DNA of 45,321 nucleotides from Gammaproteobacteria bacterium (GTDB lineage Bacteria; Pseudomonadota; Gammaproteobacteria; Francisellales; CACEW01): NCBI GenBank assembly GCA_028282045.1, contig JANQIS010000038.1, positions 1 to 45,321 of the forward strand, read 5' to 3'. Shown piece by piece: positions 45,281 to 45,321 of this stretch (position 1 is its first letter; each line of letters starts with the position of its first letter). The notes under the pieces were generated by a model. It saw only the letters and a program-made list of their open reading frames with translations, ran no database searches and was not told where the DNA came from. The position numbers and the translations under genes were made by a program.

Positions 45281-45321
45281 ATGTCGAATATCATTATAGC
45301 AAATCACATCATTAATGTAAC
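45281..45321 (+). CDS. 5' end of a further phage ORF (truncated by the window edge)
   Basis: AAGGAGA lies 5-6 nt upstream of the ATG. Only MSNIIIANHIINV is visible. Confidence 0.35.
   Translation, partial: MSNIIIANHIINV

Larger units (their letters stand above)
15751..45321. mobile_element. Temperate podovirus-like prophage (left end near 15751-15869; right end beyond the window)
   Basis: The late operon is uninterrupted (terS, terL, portal, scaffold, capsid, tail and fibre genes). A CI/Cro switch and phage replication genes are present. No housekeeping genes occur after ligA. Integrase and att sites were not seen in the window. Confidence 0.85.

Overview
Calls rest on ORF structure, motifs read by eye and gene order; no database search was run, so family names are recollections to confirm by HMM or structure search.

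The window has two parts.

(1) 1-15750 is ordinary gammaproteobacterial chromosome. It carries mfd, rpoS, a Dus-family tRNA-dihydrouridine synthase, a QueD/PTPS-family protein, a dihydroorotase, cysZ and the conserved zipA-ligA pair. Lineage-specific ORFs sit between them: a 425-aa helical-repeat protein with a lysine-rich tandem-repeat tail, a 179-aa orphan, and a secreted protein that looks frameshifted at its 3' end.

(2) 15751-45321 is a temperate podovirus-like prophage directly downstream of ligA, and it runs off the right edge.
- A long minus-strand late operon encodes terS, terL, portal, scaffold, major capsid, tail-tube-position proteins, Gly/Gln-rich internal proteins, three fibre-like genes, and a membrane-protein plus lipoprotein pair.
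- The replication module has a Cro-like HTH fused to a prim-pol and SF3 helicase, a Cas4-like PD-(D/E)XK nuclease and a DUF2815-type SSB.
- The immunity switch is lambda-like: a divergent Cro-like gene and an S24 CI repressor, with shared TGTGT-N5-ACACA operators.
- No integrase, excisionase, endolysin, tRNA or CRISPR array lies in the window.

Most interesting candidates:
- A stand-alone, terminator-insulated gene for a eukaryote-like protein: coiled coil, Pro12, then three WH2/LKK-like motifs (43089-43886).
- A DUF3800-like gene co-transcribed with cI, in the position lambda gives to rexAB (39261-39956).
- A 193-codon early ORF bracketed exactly by a 17-bp duplication of the RBS and start of the nuclease gene (40235-40830).
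- A mucin-like Thr-rich type II membrane protein at the prophage end (15870-16343).
- Two dense non-coding motif arrays: TGTCCCGCC x9 and AGGTAGAC palindromes.
- A dedicated promoter and roughly 225-nt repeat and hairpin leader upstream of the capsid gene.
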